A DNA stretch of 64,000 nt from an uncultured Chloroflexia bacterium (GCA_963734535.1 CAVTHS010000008.1:192001-256000); one strand, 5' to 3'; shown: positions 1 to 10,257, counted from the first letter of the stretch. The notes: a model not told the origin generated them from the letters alone. Translations and numbers: made by a program.

Positions 1-609
1 GAGCGGATCGAACGGCTCCTCCGCCTCTTCGACCTGTGGGATCGTCGCCTCGAGCCGACCGGGACCTTCAGCAAGGGCATGAAGCAGAAGCTCGCGATCG
101 CGCGCGCCCTGCTCCACGACCCACCCGTCCTGTTCCTGGACGAGCCGACCGCAGCCCTCGACCCGGAGTCGGCCGCGGTCGTGCGCGACGCGATCGCGAC
201 GCTCCGCGGGCAGGGCCGCACGGTCGTCCTCTGCACCCACGTCCTGCCCGAGGCCGAGCGGCTGTGCGACCGGATCGGCTTCCTGCGGACGACGCTCCTC
301 CGCGTCGATACGCCGGCACGGCTGCGGACCGCGACCGCGGGCGGCCGGGTCCAGGCGCGGCTCGCCGCTCCCGCCGGCCCGGATCTCCTCGCGGCCGTGG
401 CCGCGGTTGCGGGTGTCATCGAGGCGAGGGCCACGGCCGACGGGCTCGTCGCCGAGCTGCGCGATCCGGAGGCCGACACGCCTGCGCTCGTTCGCGCCCT
501 GGTGGCCGCGGGCGCCGCGGTCCTCGAGGTGCGTCGCGAGGCCGCGACCCTCGAGGAGGTCTACTTCGAGGTCATGGGCGCCAGGGCCGACTCGGACGCG
601 GCTGCCTGA
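1..609 (+). CDS. ABC transporter ATP-binding protein (5' truncated by window edge)
   Basis: Frame open from base 1. Signature FSKGMKQKL, Walker B VLFLDEPT, H-loop LCTH. Confidence 0.9.
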   Translation, partial: ERIERLLRLFDLWDRRLEPTGTFSKGMKQKLAIARALLHDPPVLFLDEPTAALDPESAAVVRDAIATLRGQGRTVVLCTHVLPEAERLCDRIGFLRTTLLRVDTPARLRTATAGGRVQARLAAPAGPDLLAAVAAVAGVIEARATADGLVAELRDPEADTPALVRALVAAGAAVLEVRREAATLEEVYFEVMGARADSDAAA

Positions 610-1397
610 TGCGGATCGCCTGGGTTGTCGCCGTGCTGCAGCGCGAAGCAGCCGAGCTGCTGCGCAACCGGCTCCTGCTGCTCTCGATCCTCGGCCCGCC
701 GATCGTCATCGTGATCGGCCCTGTCGTCCTGGGGAAGCTCGTCGCGGGCCGGCCGCTCCCGGCAGGGCTGGCGGGGACGCTGGTCGCGGGACGGCCGGAG
801 TGGGCTGCGCTGAACTCGGGCGACCTCGCGGCCGCTTACAGCTTCCAGCAGTTCCTGCTCTTCTTCCTGATGCTGCCGGCATTCATCCCGCTCTCGATCG
901 CGACGTTCTCGATCATCGGCGAGAAGCAGAGCAGGACGCTCGAGGCCGTGCTCGCTACCCCGATCCGGACCGCGGAGCTCCTGGCGGGCAAGGCGATCGC
1001 CGCCGCCGTGCCCGGGATCGCGGGTGGGCTCATCGCGTACCTCGGGTTCGCGGGCCTGGTCCGGGCGCTCTACGGACCGGCGCTCTTCGCGATCGTCAGC
1101 GCGCCCGACTGGCTGGCCGCGACCTTCCTGCTCGGCCCGGCGATCGCGCTGCTTTCGGTGATGCTCGGCGTCCTCGTCAGCTCGCGCGTCAACGACCCAC
1201 GGACGGCCCAGCAGATCGGTGCCGTGATCGTGGTGCCGCTCGTCGCCGTCGTGATCGCCCAGGCCGCGGGTCGCTTCCTCGTCGACGCGACCGGCTACGG
1301 GCTCGCGGCCGTGGGCGTCCTGGTCCTGGCCGCCGTGGGGCTGCGGGCGGGCAGCTGGCTGTTCGCCCGCGAGGCGATCCTCACGCGATGGCGATGA
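609..1397 (+). CDS. ABC-2 type transporter permease
   Basis: ATG overlaps upstream TGA. About 6 hydrophobic segments and the motif GEKQSRTLEAVLATP. Confidence 0.88.
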   Translation: MRIAWVVAVLQREAAELLRNRLLLLSILGPPIVIVIGPVVLGKLVAGRPLPAGLAGTLVAGRPEWAALNSGDLAAAYSFQQFLLFFLMLPAFIPLSIATFSIIGEKQSRTLEAVLATPIRTAELLAGKAIAAAVPGIAGGLIAYLGFAGLVRALYGPALFAIVSAPDWLAATFLLGPAIALLSVMLGVLVSSRVNDPRTAQQIGAVIVVPLVAVVIAQAAGRFLVDATGYGLAAVGVLVLAAVGLRAGSWLFAREAILTRWR

Positions 1398-2302
1398 ACG
1401 GCGACTCACGGACGACCCGCGCCGGCGCCTCCTACCCGGCACTGCTCGGCGTGCTCGCCCTCGCATGGGGCTCCAGCTACCTCTTCATCAAGATCGGCGT
1501 CGAGACGCTGCCGCCGCTCAGCCTCGTGGCCGGGCGTCTCGTCATCGGCCTCGCCGTCCTCATCGTCGTCGTCGCCGCCACGCGGACCCCGCTGCCGCGC
1601 GATCCCCGGACGCTGGGGCACCTCGCCGTCCTCGGCGCCGTGAACATCGCGATCCCGTTCTGGCTGATCGGCTGGGCCGAGCAGCACATCTCGTCCGGGC
1701 TGACGGGGATCCTCCAGTCCACCTCGCCGTTCTTCACCCTGGTGCTGGCCGCCTCCTTCGTGCACGACGAGCACATCACCCGGGGGCGGCTGGCCGGGAT
1801 CGCGCTCGGCTTCCTCGGCATCCTCGTCCTCTCGGCGGGCAACCTCGCCGACGCGGGGACGGCGGCCGGCGCCCAGCGCCTGCTCGGTGAGCTCGGGGTG
1901 GTGGCCGCCTCCCTTGCCTACGCCATCGGCAACACGTATGCGCGCCGGACGTTGCGGGAGACGCGGCCGCTCGTGCTCGCGACAGGGCAGGTGGGCTGGG
2001 CGCTCGCGATGGTCCTCGCGCTCGCGTTCATGGTCGACGGCGGAGTGACGCTGCCGGGCGTCCCGGAGGCCTGGTTCGCCATCGGCTGGCTCGGCGCCGT
2101 GGGCACCGGCTTCGCCTACCTCGTCTTCTTCCGGCTCCTCACCCGGTGGGGGCCGACCCGCGCCTCGCTCGTTGCGTACCTCCTGCCGGTCGTGGCGGTG
2201 GTCCTGGGCGTCGTCGTGCTGGGCGAGACCGTCGATGCCACCTTCCTCGCAGGCGCGGTGCTCATCGTGGCGGGCATCTGGGTGGTCAACCGGCGCGGCT
2301 GA
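1394..2302 (+). CDS. DMT/EamA family transporter
   Basis: ATGA overlap. WGSSYLFIKIG N-terminal motif, ~10 TM segments, internal two-fold repeat. Confidence 0.9.
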   Translation: MNGDSRTTRAGASYPALLGVLALAWGSSYLFIKIGVETLPPLSLVAGRLVIGLAVLIVVVAATRTPLPRDPRTLGHLAVLGAVNIAIPFWLIGWAEQHISSGLTGILQSTSPFFTLVLAASFVHDEHITRGRLAGIALGFLGILVLSAGNLADAGTAAGAQRLLGELGVVAASLAYAIGNTYARRTLRETRPLVLATGQVGWALAMVLALAFMVDGGVTLPGVPEAWFAIGWLGAVGTGFAYLVFFRLLTRWGPTRASLVAYLLPVVAVVLGVVVLGETVDATFLAGAVLIVAGIWVVNRRG

Positions 2303-2333
2303 ACACCGCCGGCCGGCGCGGCTGAACACCGCC
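2290..2333. repeat. 21-bp direct repeat (CCGGCGCGGCTGAACACCGCC x2, 23-bp period)
   Basis: Identical copies at 2290-2310 and 2313-2333 between convergent stop codons. Confidence 0.9.
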
Positions 2334-3008
2334 TCACGGCGATGTGCGCCGCGATCGGCGGCCGGCTGCCCGGATCTCTTCCCCGGCGGTGCACCCGGCG
2401 ATGTGATCGTTGACCATCCCGGTCGCCTGCATGAACGCGTAGCAGATGGTCGGGCCGACGAACCGGAACCCCCGGCGCACGAGCTCCCGGCTCATCGAAC
2501 GCGACTCGGCCGTCTCCGCCGGAATCTCGCCGAGGTTCCGCGGGCGCCGGTCGATCGCGACCCCCTTCACGGACCCCCACACCAGGCCGGGAAGCGTCTC
2601 ACCGGACCCAGCGAGCGCCAGGACGACCCGGGCGCTCGCGATCGCGCTCTCCACCTTGCGCCGGTTACGGACGATCCCGGGGTCCGCGAGCAGGCGCGCG
2701 ACGTCCTCCTCCCCGAACGCCGCCACGGTCGATACGTCGAAGCCCGCGAACGCGCGCCGGTAGCCCTCGCGCTTGCGCAGGATCGTCGACCAGGAGAGGC
2801 CGGCCTGGGCGCCCTCCAGCACGAGCATCTCGAAGAGGTGCCGCCCGTCGCGGGACGGGCGTCCCCACTCCGCGTCGTGGTAGGCGCGGTAAAGCGGGTC
2901 GCCGTCGACGCCCCAGGCGCAACGGACGACACCATCCTGGCCCACTGTTACCGTGCGGGCCGCCCAGGGGATGGCCCCGGCCGCCGCCGGGGCCCCGGTC
3001 TCCGTCAC
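2334..3008 (-). CDS. tag: DNA-3-methyladenine glycosylase I
   Basis: RCAW...YHDAEWG, LEGAQAGLSWSTIL, GFRFVGPTICYAFMQATGMVNDH motifs. GTG start overlaps the upstream TGA. Confidence 0.93.
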   Translation of the reverse strand: MTETGAPAAAGAIPWAARTVTVGQDGVVRCAWGVDGDPLYRAYHDAEWGRPSRDGRHLFEMLVLEGAQAGLSWSTILRKREGYRRAFAGFDVSTVAAFGEEDVARLLADPGIVRNRRKVESAIASARVVLALAGSGETLPGLVWGSVKGVAIDRRPRNLGEIPAETAESRSMSRELVRRGFRFVGPTICYAFMQATGMVNDHIAGCTAGEEIRAAGRRSRRTSP

Positions 3009-4672
3009 GCCACGTCGCGCCGCGCCATGCCCCAGGCCCCGAGCAGGACGCCGCCCGCCGCGATGGCCATGCAGGCAATCACGCCCGGGACGTCCCACTG
3101 GCCCACCATCGGCTGCCCGAGGTGGGCGGTCAGGGCGAGCTGGTGGACCCAATCGGGCAGCCCGAGCGGCGGCGCGATCAGGTCGACAAGGTACGTCGCC
3201 ACCACGATAAGCGCGGCGACCTCGGCCGCGAGCGAGGTCCGCCAGAGCCCACCGATGGCGAAGCCGACCCCCGCGATCGCGGCGGCATAGACGCCCAGCA
3301 CCGCCGAGCCGACCATCGGGTCGCCAGCCGCCACGCCCCCGGACGCCGCGCCGAGTCCGATGCCGGCCGCGAACAGGACCGTCATCACCACGACGGCGAG
3401 GATCGCTGCGATCCCGCCGGCGATCGCCCACCGCGCCCGGGCCATCGGCGTGGTGAGGACCATCTCCAGGCGTCCGTCCGTCTCGTCCGACGCCCACTTG
3501 GAGACGAACGTCGCGGCGGCGAACCCGGCCGCGATGAACAGCAGCGCCGCGTACAGCTGGAGCCAGCCGCCAGTCGACGCGAGGTCGAAGCCGGGAAAGA
3601 TCGCGGCGAGCGTCCGCGAGAGACTCGGGTCCGTGCCGAGCTGGTTCGCCATCGGCCCGACCAGCGACGCGATGAGCGCGCCCATGAGCCCCAGCCCGAT
3701 CCCCCACGAGAGCGCGCGCGGGAGCTGGTCGCCGAAGGCCCGGCTGATCGGCCCGCGCACACCGAGGACCGCAGCCGGCAGGCCGGGCAGCGAGAGGCCG
3801 GCGGTGACCCCGAGGTCACGCCGCACGAAGAGCTCGACCCCGATCGCGAGAAGGACCACGGCGACGATCCCGACGAGCCCGAGCGGCAGCCAGTCGTAGC
3901 GGCCGACGAGGGCGATGTGGTCGGCCGTCCAGCGGAAGGGGCTCACCACCACGATGCCGGCAACGTCCAGGCCGTTGGCGACCCACAGGACCAGCATGGC
4001 GAGGCTGGCGACGCCCGCCGAGCCGGCGCGACCGAGGAGAGGCGCCAGGGCGAACGCGAGCCCGCCGAAGAACAGCGCGAGGAAGCCGCACCAGAGGGCA
4101 AAGCCGACCGACGACAGGAGCGGGATCTGGTCGCCGAGGGCGGCGTCGCCGAAGAGCGTCGAGCTGGCAGTCGTCATGACGGCGAGGATCGCCATCGCGA
4201 GGCCCAGCATCGTGAGGTGCGCGGCCACCTTCTCCAGCGCGATCCGGCGCTTGCCGAATGGTGTCGACGCGACCAGGTCGAGGCTCCCGCGGCGGGCCTC
4301 GCCGGCAAGGGTCGAGGAGAGGGCGAGGATCGACCAGAGCGCGGTGCCCAGGGCGAAGATCGCCCCGTACTTGAACGTCATGTAGCCGCCGAGCGTGCCG
4401 AGGCTCACGGGCTTCCCGAACAGGTTGACCATCGAGGCGGGCATGCTCCCGATGAGCTTGTCGACCTCGAGACGCGATGCCGGCGAGGGGAACACGCTCG
4501 ACACGGCGAGGCCCATGACGAGCGCCATCCCGCCCAGGAGGCCCGCCGCGATGATGAAGGCCAGGCGCGAGTCGCGGATGGTCTTGCCATAGATGCTGCC
4601 CAGCCCGTAGACGCGGCTGAAGGACGTTGCCACGGTCCGCCCGGACGGGGCGGGCCCGACGCCGGCAGTCAT
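3005..4672 (-). CDS. ABC exporter permease (duplicated, ~12 TM)
   Basis: Two internally repeated halves with GEARRGSLDL and SDETDGRLEM motifs. Follows the ATPase gene. Confidence 0.85.
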   Translation of the reverse strand: MTAGVGPAPSGRTVATSFSRVYGLGSIYGKTIRDSRLAFIIAAGLLGGMALVMGLAVSSVFPSPASRLEVDKLIGSMPASMVNLFGKPVSLGTLGGYMTFKYGAIFALGTALWSILALSSTLAGEARRGSLDLVASTPFGKRRIALEKVAAHLTMLGLAMAILAVMTTASSTLFGDAALGDQIPLLSSVGFALWCGFLALFFGGLAFALAPLLGRAGSAGVASLAMLVLWVANGLDVAGIVVVSPFRWTADHIALVGRYDWLPLGLVGIVAVVLLAIGVELFVRRDLGVTAGLSLPGLPAAVLGVRGPISRAFGDQLPRALSWGIGLGLMGALIASLVGPMANQLGTDPSLSRTLAAIFPGFDLASTGGWLQLYAALLFIAAGFAAATFVSKWASDETDGRLEMVLTTPMARARWAIAGGIAAILAVVVMTVLFAAGIGLGAASGGVAAGDPMVGSAVLGVYAAAIAGVGFAIGGLWRTSLAAEVAALIVVATYLVDLIAPPLGLPDWVHQLALTAHLGQPMVGQWDVPGVIACMAIAAGGVLLGAWGMARRDVA

Positions 4673-5574
4673 GGCCTGGTGACCTCCGCGGCCTCGTGGC
4701 CGTACTGGGCCAGGAACGTCTCCTCGAGGGTCGGTTCGCGGCTGACGAAGTCGAGCAGCTCGTAGCGGGCGGCCGCCTGGACGACGGGAGTGATCGCGCC
4801 CGAGACGCGCATCCGAAGCGTGTGATCCGAGACGACGACCTCCGACACGCCCGGCAGGCCCTCGAATGCCTCGGCGGGGACGCGGTCCACGAACCGGAGC
4901 TCCACCTCGTGGTGGGCGAGATCGCGAAGGCCTTCCACGCTGTCGACCTTCACCAATCTGCCGTCACGGATGATCGCGACGCGGTCGCAGGTGCGCTCGA
5001 CCTCGGACAGGATGTGACTGGACAGGAACACCGTCCTGCCCTCTGCCTGCGCCTCGCGGACCAGGGCGTAGAACAACTGCTGGACAAGCGGGTCCAGGCC
5101 AGACGTCGGCTCGTCGAGCACGAGCAGCTCCGGGCGGTGCTGGAGCGCGATGACGAGGCCGATCTTCTGCTTGTTCCCCTTGGAGTACTCCTTGAACTTC
5201 CGCGACGGATCGACGTCGAAGCGCTCGATCAGCGCCGCCCGATAGGCCCGGTCCACGCCGCCACGGAGGTTGCCGAAGTACTCGATCGTCTGGCCGCCGG
5301 TCAGGCGGTCGTAGAGCGTGAACTCGCCGGGGATGTAGCCGATCCGCCGGTGGATCGCTACCGGGTCGGCCGACGACTCGATGCCGAAGACGCGGGCGAT
5401 GCCCGAGGTGGGCCGGATCAGGTCGAGGAAGGTCCGGATCGTGGTGGTCTTGCCGGCGCCGTTCGGCCCAAGGAAGCCGAAAACCTCGCCCGCCTGGACG
5501 ACGAGGTCCACCTCGATGATCCCGCGGTGGCTCCCATAGCTCTTGGTCAGGCGCTCGATCTCGATGACATTCAT
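4669..5574 (-). CDS. ABC exporter ATP-binding protein
   Basis: Walker A GPNGAGKTT, YSKGNKQK, LDEPTSGLDP. ATG at 5574 overlaps the upstream TGA. Confidence 0.93.
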   Translation of the reverse strand: MNVIEIERLTKSYGSHRGIIEVDLVVQAGEVFGFLGPNGAGKTTTIRTFLDLIRPTSGIARVFGIESSADPVAIHRRIGYIPGEFTLYDRLTGGQTIEYFGNLRGGVDRAYRAALIERFDVDPSRKFKEYSKGNKQKIGLVIALQHRPELLVLDEPTSGLDPLVQQLFYALVREAQAEGRTVFLSSHILSEVERTCDRVAIIRDGRLVKVDSVEGLRDLAHHEVELRFVDRVPAEAFEGLPGVSEVVVSDHTLRMRVSGAITPVVQAAARYELLDFVSREPTLEETFLAQYGHEAAEVTRP

Positions 5575-6125
5575 GCGGAGGTCCCTTCCCGGGCCGCCCA
5601 CTCGCGGCGCCAGCGGTCGAAGAGCTGCGGAAGCTCGCGTTCGAGGAAGCTGCAGAGGTCGACGAGGGCCGCCAGCGTCGTGTGCGCCACGGTGCCCGGC
5701 GGGACGAGGACGAGGCCGCGCTCCGCGATGCGCCGGAGATCGCCACTCTTGTCGTTCCCGCGCTCCAGGAGGGACTGCCACGCATCGTCCTTCGTGCGGA
5801 AGTAGTCCCGGCGATCGCCTCGCTTCGTGATCCGCTCGGCGAAACCGGTCGAGACCAGGAGCCGGCTGGTCGTGCTGATGGAACCCCGACTCGCGTGGAG
5901 CAGGGTCGCGAGATCCGCCGCGCTCTGCTCTCGCTCCTCGGCGATCATGAGCGCGCCGACGAGGCGGCCCGCCATCCGCGGCCAGCCCAGGTTCTCGAAG
6001 TACCGGCCGACCTCCTCGATGTACGCCTCGCGCCGGGGCTCGTCCTCGCGAGGCGCCCGGCTCTCAACAGCTCGAGGGGGATCACCATCCCAGGTGACCG
6101 CGTCCTGCACCGCGCTCGGGACCAT
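5571..6125 (-). CDS. GbsR/MarR family transcriptional regulator
   Basis: GWPRMAGRLVGAL...SAADLATLLHASRGSIST...GDRRDYF winged-HTH pattern. Confidence 0.85.
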   Translation of the reverse strand: MVPSAVQDAVTWDGDPPRAVESRAPREDEPRREAYIEEVGRYFENLGWPRMAGRLVGALMIAEEREQSAADLATLLHASRGSISTTSRLLVSTGFAERITKRGDRRDYFRTKDDAWQSLLERGNDKSGDLRRIAERGLVLVPPGTVAHTTLAALVDLCSFLERELPQLFDRWRREWAAREGTSA

Positions 6126-6170
6126 GGATCCCCTCTCCGCTGCCGGTCGGATCCGCGTGTGCGCATGTTC

Positions 6171-6214
6171 CTGACCGTTCAGTACATTCTAACAGTTCAG
6201 TCGCGTGGCCCCAA
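6171..6214 (-). promoter_or_regulatory. sigma70-type promoter with overlapping operator repeats for the MarR-ABC-tag operon
   Basis: Minus strand TTGGGG-17-TAGAAT with extended TGn. Two CTRAC(C/A)GTTCAG quasi-palindromes at 6171-6182 and 6189-6200. Confidence 0.6.
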
Positions 6215-6292
6215 ATCAGGCGCCGCGGGGACCTGCGATATGGCGCAAGCGGGACGCAACGGGCGGCCGCGCCGGCTGGAGGAGGACCGACG

Positions 6293-6775
6293 CTAGGGCG
6301 TGGCACGCCCGGTCGCGGCCTCGGCCTTCTCCTTGAGGGCAGCCAGCTCGGCCTCGAGCCGCGGCCCCATCCCGCCACGGGCCAGGCGCAGGAAGACGCG
6401 ACCCACCCGCGAGCGACCCTCGAGATGGACCGATCCGGCAACCCTGGTCCCGCCCGCTGCCGGCGTGAGCTCCCAGCGGCGCTCGCCGACGATCGCGCCG
6501 CCGCCGATGCCGACTCGGAACCGGCGTGCCGGGCGCGCTTCCAGGCTTTCGACCAGCGTCCCGAGCACAACCGGCCCCACCCGGAAGCGGGCGTGCCGGC
6601 GGGCGCCGGCGGCGGGCCAATCCGGGCCGGCCGGATCGAGGTGCAACCGGACGTCGCGCCAGACCGGGCAGGCAGGGTCGTGGAGCGCGGCCCAGACGAC
6701 GTCCGGCGGCGCGTCCACGAACAGGCGACGCTCGACCGCCCCTCGCGGGAGGCGCGAGCTGGGCCCCGCAGCCAC
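6293..6775 (-). CDS. SRPBCC/START-like family protein
   Basis: VDAPPDVVWAALHDP and WELTPAAGGTRV motifs. True start may be an ATG at 6810 via a 1-nt indel. Confidence 0.75.
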   Translation of the reverse strand: MAAGPSSRLPRGAVERRLFVDAPPDVVWAALHDPACPVWRDVRLHLDPAGPDWPAAGARRHARFRVGPVVLGTLVESLEARPARRFRVGIGGGAIVGERRWELTPAAGGTRVAGSVHLEGRSRVGRVFLRLARGGMGPRLEAELAALKEKAEAATGRATP

Positions 6776-6908
6776 GCTCAGCGCCTCGTCGGTCGGCGGG
6801 CAGCATCCATGCGCCGATTATCGCACCGGCGTGGCGGCCTCCCCGATCCGCCCCGGCCGCCGTCACACTGTCGGACGAGCCTCATGCCGGGCAGGCGGAC
6901 CTGCGCTC

Positions 6909-9056
6909 CTACTTGCCGGCCCGATCCCTCGGGAGCGGCGGCAGGCGACGCTTCCCGGCCACCAGGTAATGGCCGAACCAGGCGCGCACCTGGACCAGGT
7001 TCTCCATCCGCCGGAACGGGGCGCCCGACCTCGTCAACTCGTGCGTCTCGTTGGGCACGCGCATGAAGCGGACCGGCCGCCGGAGGGTCCGCAGGACGGC
7101 GAAGAGCGCCTCCGCCTGGCTGATCGGGCAGCGCAGGTCGTTCTCCGCGTGCTGGATCAGGAGCGGCGTCCGGATCTGATCGGCATAGGTGAGCGGCGAG
7201 AGCCGTCGGTAGAGCTCAGGGTCCTCCCAGGGCTGTGCGCCGAACTCCATCTTCCCGAAGAGGCCGCCGGCGAGATCACCCGTGAGCATCAGCATCGCGA
7301 GGTCGGTCACGCTTCGGCAGGTCATCGCGGCAGCGAAACGCTGGTCCGCCCCCACGATCCAGTTCGTCAGGTAGCCGCCGTAGGAACCCCCCGCGACACC
7401 GAGTCGCTTCGGGTCGGCGAGCCCCGCCGCGACCGCGGCATCGACGTGGGCAAGCACGTCGCGCGTCGGGCCCACGGCCCAGTCCGGCACGTTCGCGGCG
7501 TTGAAGTCCTGGCCATAGCCCTCCGACCCCCGAGGGTTCGTGGCGAGAACGCTGACGCCCGACCCGGCGAGGACCTGGAACTCCCAGTACGGGGACCAGC
7601 CGTACAGGGTGTGCGGGCCGCCGTGGATCTCGAGGACCAGCGGCGCGGGCTCGCCCGCCTCCGCCGCTGCGCAGGGCATGAGCCACCCCTGGATCTCGCG
7701 CCCGTCGACGGTCACCCAGCGTTCGACCACCGGTCGCAGCTCGATCTCCTCGAGCGCCTCGTCGTTACAGCGGGTCACCCGGCGCAGCTCGGCGCCGTCC
7801 GCGTCACCCGCCGCCCCGTCCAGCGCCAGGTCGGCGACGTGCACATCGCCAAGCGCGGTGGGGTCCGACCTGACCAGCGCCACGCGCACGCCCAGGTTGG
7901 CGCGCCGGACGGCGTGCCAACCGGACAGGTAGTGGCGTCCATCGGTGAGGCGTTCCACCTCGCCGTCGTCGAGCGCGATCCGCCACAGCTCGTAGCTGCC
8001 GTGGATCGGAGCCGTGAACAGGAGATGGCGGCCGTCCGGGGCCGCCCACAGGCGCGCAGGCTCGCCGGGCGTGACGTCGCTGCCCATGCCCGAACCGGGC
8101 ATCAGGTCGTGGCGGCCCGAGAGGTTGCGCCCCGCGCCCGCCCGGGCGTCGCTGCCGTCCGCCGCGAACAGCCAGATGTCGTTGCGGCTCCCGCCGGCCC
8201 GGGGGTAGCGGTGGCCCAGCACGGCCACGGTCGTGCCATCGGCCAGCCAGGCCGGGGCACCGAACGCGGAGCCGCGGCCATCCGTGATCCGGACATCGCG
8301 ACCGCTCGCCACGTCGACGACGCGGACGTCGAACTGCCATTCGAGGTCCGGGTCGCGTCCGCCCTGGGCGACGTACGCGACACGGGAGCCGTCGGGCGAG
8401 AAGGCGGGCTCGTCGTGGCTCGTCCGGCCGCTGGTGAGGCGTCGGGCGGTGCCCGTGACCGCGTCGACGATCCACAGGTTCGGGACCCGGTCGTAGATGA
8501 AGCCCGGGCCGTTCAGCATGTTCTGGAGCCGATCGAGGTAGCGATAATCCGAGATCGGCGGCTGGCCGGGCTTCGGCAGCGGGGCCTTGCCGCGGGCTCG
8601 CGCGTCGGCCGGGCGGGTCGGCGCGTACGACGCGCTGCGAACGACGAGCGAGCCGCCGTCGGGCGCCCAGGCGAAGCCGTCGACGCCGCGCGGGAGGTCG
8701 GTCAGGCGGCGAGCCTCGCCGCCCTCGAGCGAAAGCACGTGGACCTGGGTCCCGTCCTCGCGGTCCACCGGCGCGTCAGGCTCGTCCTCCGTGACCGGCC
8801 GGCGATCGGACAGGAAGGCCAGGCTGTGGCCGTCGGGTGAGAACCGGGGATGCGTGTCGTGGCGGACGCCGATGGTCACCTGGCGAGGGGCGACGCTCCC
8901 GTCGGCCGGGGCAAGCCAGATCGCGTGGCGGTATGCGTCCCTGCCCCGCGTGGCGCTCTGGACAGTGAAGGCGATCCACTCGCCATCCGGCGAGAGCTGC
9001 GGATCGGTCGGGATCCGGAACCGGTAGAGGTCCTCGGGCTGCGGCGGGCGGGACAT
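6909..9056 (-). CDS. S9 family peptidase (acylaminoacyl/dipeptidyl peptidase)
   Basis: Beta-propeller repeats (SPDG), IHGGPH, catalytic GGSYGG, D-LRCP and ETHEL. Confidence 0.93.
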   Translation of the reverse strand: MSRPPQPEDLYRFRIPTDPQLSPDGEWIAFTVQSATRGRDAYRHAIWLAPADGSVAPRQVTIGVRHDTHPRFSPDGHSLAFLSDRRPVTEDEPDAPVDREDGTQVHVLSLEGGEARRLTDLPRGVDGFAWAPDGGSLVVRSASYAPTRPADARARGKAPLPKPGQPPISDYRYLDRLQNMLNGPGFIYDRVPNLWIVDAVTGTARRLTSGRTSHDEPAFSPDGSRVAYVAQGGRDPDLEWQFDVRVVDVASGRDVRITDGRGSAFGAPAWLADGTTVAVLGHRYPRAGGSRNDIWLFAADGSDARAGAGRNLSGRHDLMPGSGMGSDVTPGEPARLWAAPDGRHLLFTAPIHGSYELWRIALDDGEVERLTDGRHYLSGWHAVRRANLGVRVALVRSDPTALGDVHVADLALDGAAGDADGAELRRVTRCNDEALEEIELRPVVERWVTVDGREIQGWLMPCAAAEAGEPAPLVLEIHGGPHTLYGWSPYWEFQVLAGSGVSVLATNPRGSEGYGQDFNAANVPDWAVGPTRDVLAHVDAAVAAGLADPKRLGVAGGSYGGYLTNWIVGADQRFAAAMTCRSVTDLAMLMLTGDLAGGLFGKMEFGAQPWEDPELYRRLSPLTYADQIRTPLLIQHAENDLRCPISQAEALFAVLRTLRRPVRFMRVPNETHELTRSGAPFRRMENLVQVRAWFGHYLVAGKRRLPPLPRDRAGK

Positions 9057-9306
9057 GCACTGCCTCGAAGGTGGGTGGGCGGGCTGCGTGATGGTGGTGC
9101 GGACGATAGCAGCGGGCCGACCGCACCACCTCGCAGCCCCGCGTGCACGCGTCACTCCGCCGGCGAACGAGCCGCTCCACGAAGCCGCCCCAACGAATCT
9201 GCCCGCGAATCGGACCACGTGGGGGGCATTTTCGGGCACTTCCGCCGTGCAGCGCGCCACGCCGCGGGTGGATGATGCCGGCACACCGCAGCGGAGGCGA
9301 TCGTCC

Positions 9307-10212
9307 ATGCGCATCCTCCTTGCCGTCGACGGCTCGCCGTCCGCATTGCGGGCCCGTGACCTCGTGGCCAGCCTCCCGTGGCCCGCCGGCTCCGTGGTCC
9401 GGGTGATCGCCGCGCTCGATGTCGCCCCGGCCCTCTGGGGCGGCCCCTGGATCCCTGCCGTCCCGGCGGGCGCCGACGAGTACGAGGCCCAGGCGCTGCT
9501 CGAGCTGACCGACGTCATCGACGCGGCGCGCCTGCCGCTCGAATCGGCCGGGCTGAGCGTGGAGAGCGACCTGCTGCGCGGGGCTCCCGCGTTCGCGATC
9601 CCCGAGGATGCGAAGCTCTGGAAGCCGGACCTGACCGTGGTGGGGAGCCGCGGCCACGGACCCGTTGAGTCGGCGCTCCTGGGGTCCGTCTCGTCCGCTG
9701 TGGTGGACCATGCCGTCACGCCGGTCCTGGTCGCGCGCGGCGACCACGTGCGATCGATCCTGCTCGCCGAGGACGGCTCACCGGCAGGGATGGCCGCACG
9801 CGACCTCGTGCTGAGCTGGACGGCCTTCGCGGGGATCCCGGTACGGGTGGTGGGCGTCGTGGACGTGGCGGCGCCCTGGCGCTCCGGGATCGCGCCGACG
9901 ATGTTCTCCGCGGCCATGGACCTCTACGCGGAGATGATCGCGAACTCCCGAGAGACGTACGGCCAGGTGGTGGCCGCGACCGTGGCCACGCTCCAGGCCG
10001 CGGGCCGGACCGCGGAGGGCGACCTTCGCGAGGGCGACCCGGCCGCACAGCTGGTCCACGCGGTCCACGACATCGGGGGCGACCTCATCGTGATCGGCTC
10101 GCGGGGGCATACCGGGGTCAGCCGGATCGTGATGGGCAGCGTCGCCCACAGCGTCCTCCTGCACTCCCGGTGCTCCGTGCTGGTGGTGAAGCAGCCACAT
10201 CCGCCTCGGTAG
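9307..10212 (+). CDS. Tandem universal stress protein
   Basis: Two USP domains: ILLAVDGS/VVGSRGHG...LGSVS and ILLAEDGS/IGSRGHTG...MGSVA. GGAGG SD. Confidence 0.92.
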   Translation: MRILLAVDGSPSALRARDLVASLPWPAGSVVRVIAALDVAPALWGGPWIPAVPAGADEYEAQALLELTDVIDAARLPLESAGLSVESDLLRGAPAFAIPEDAKLWKPDLTVVGSRGHGPVESALLGSVSSAVVDHAVTPVLVARGDHVRSILLAEDGSPAGMAARDLVLSWTAFAGIPVRVVGVVDVAAPWRSGIAPTMFSAAMDLYAEMIANSRETYGQVVAATVATLQAAGRTAEGDLREGDPAAQLVHAVHDIGGDLIVIGSRGHTGVSRIVMGSVAHSVLLHSRCSVLVVKQPHPPR

Positions 10213-10257
10213 GTCCGGCGGCCCGCGCGGGGCCGACCGGCCGCTCGCGCGGGGCGC

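Noticed and set aside
6300-8840. Long antisense and alternative-frame ORFs (e.g. 6300-8840 +, 12927-15215 -, 47919-50249 -, 58095-60458 +)
   Set aside because: Expected shadows of very high-GC coding sequence. They are Arg/Pro/Gly-rich with no motifs and overlap well-supported genes.
9215-9250. DosR-like box upstream of the USP gene
   Set aside because: GGGCATTTTCGGGCAC is too degenerate to distinguish from background.
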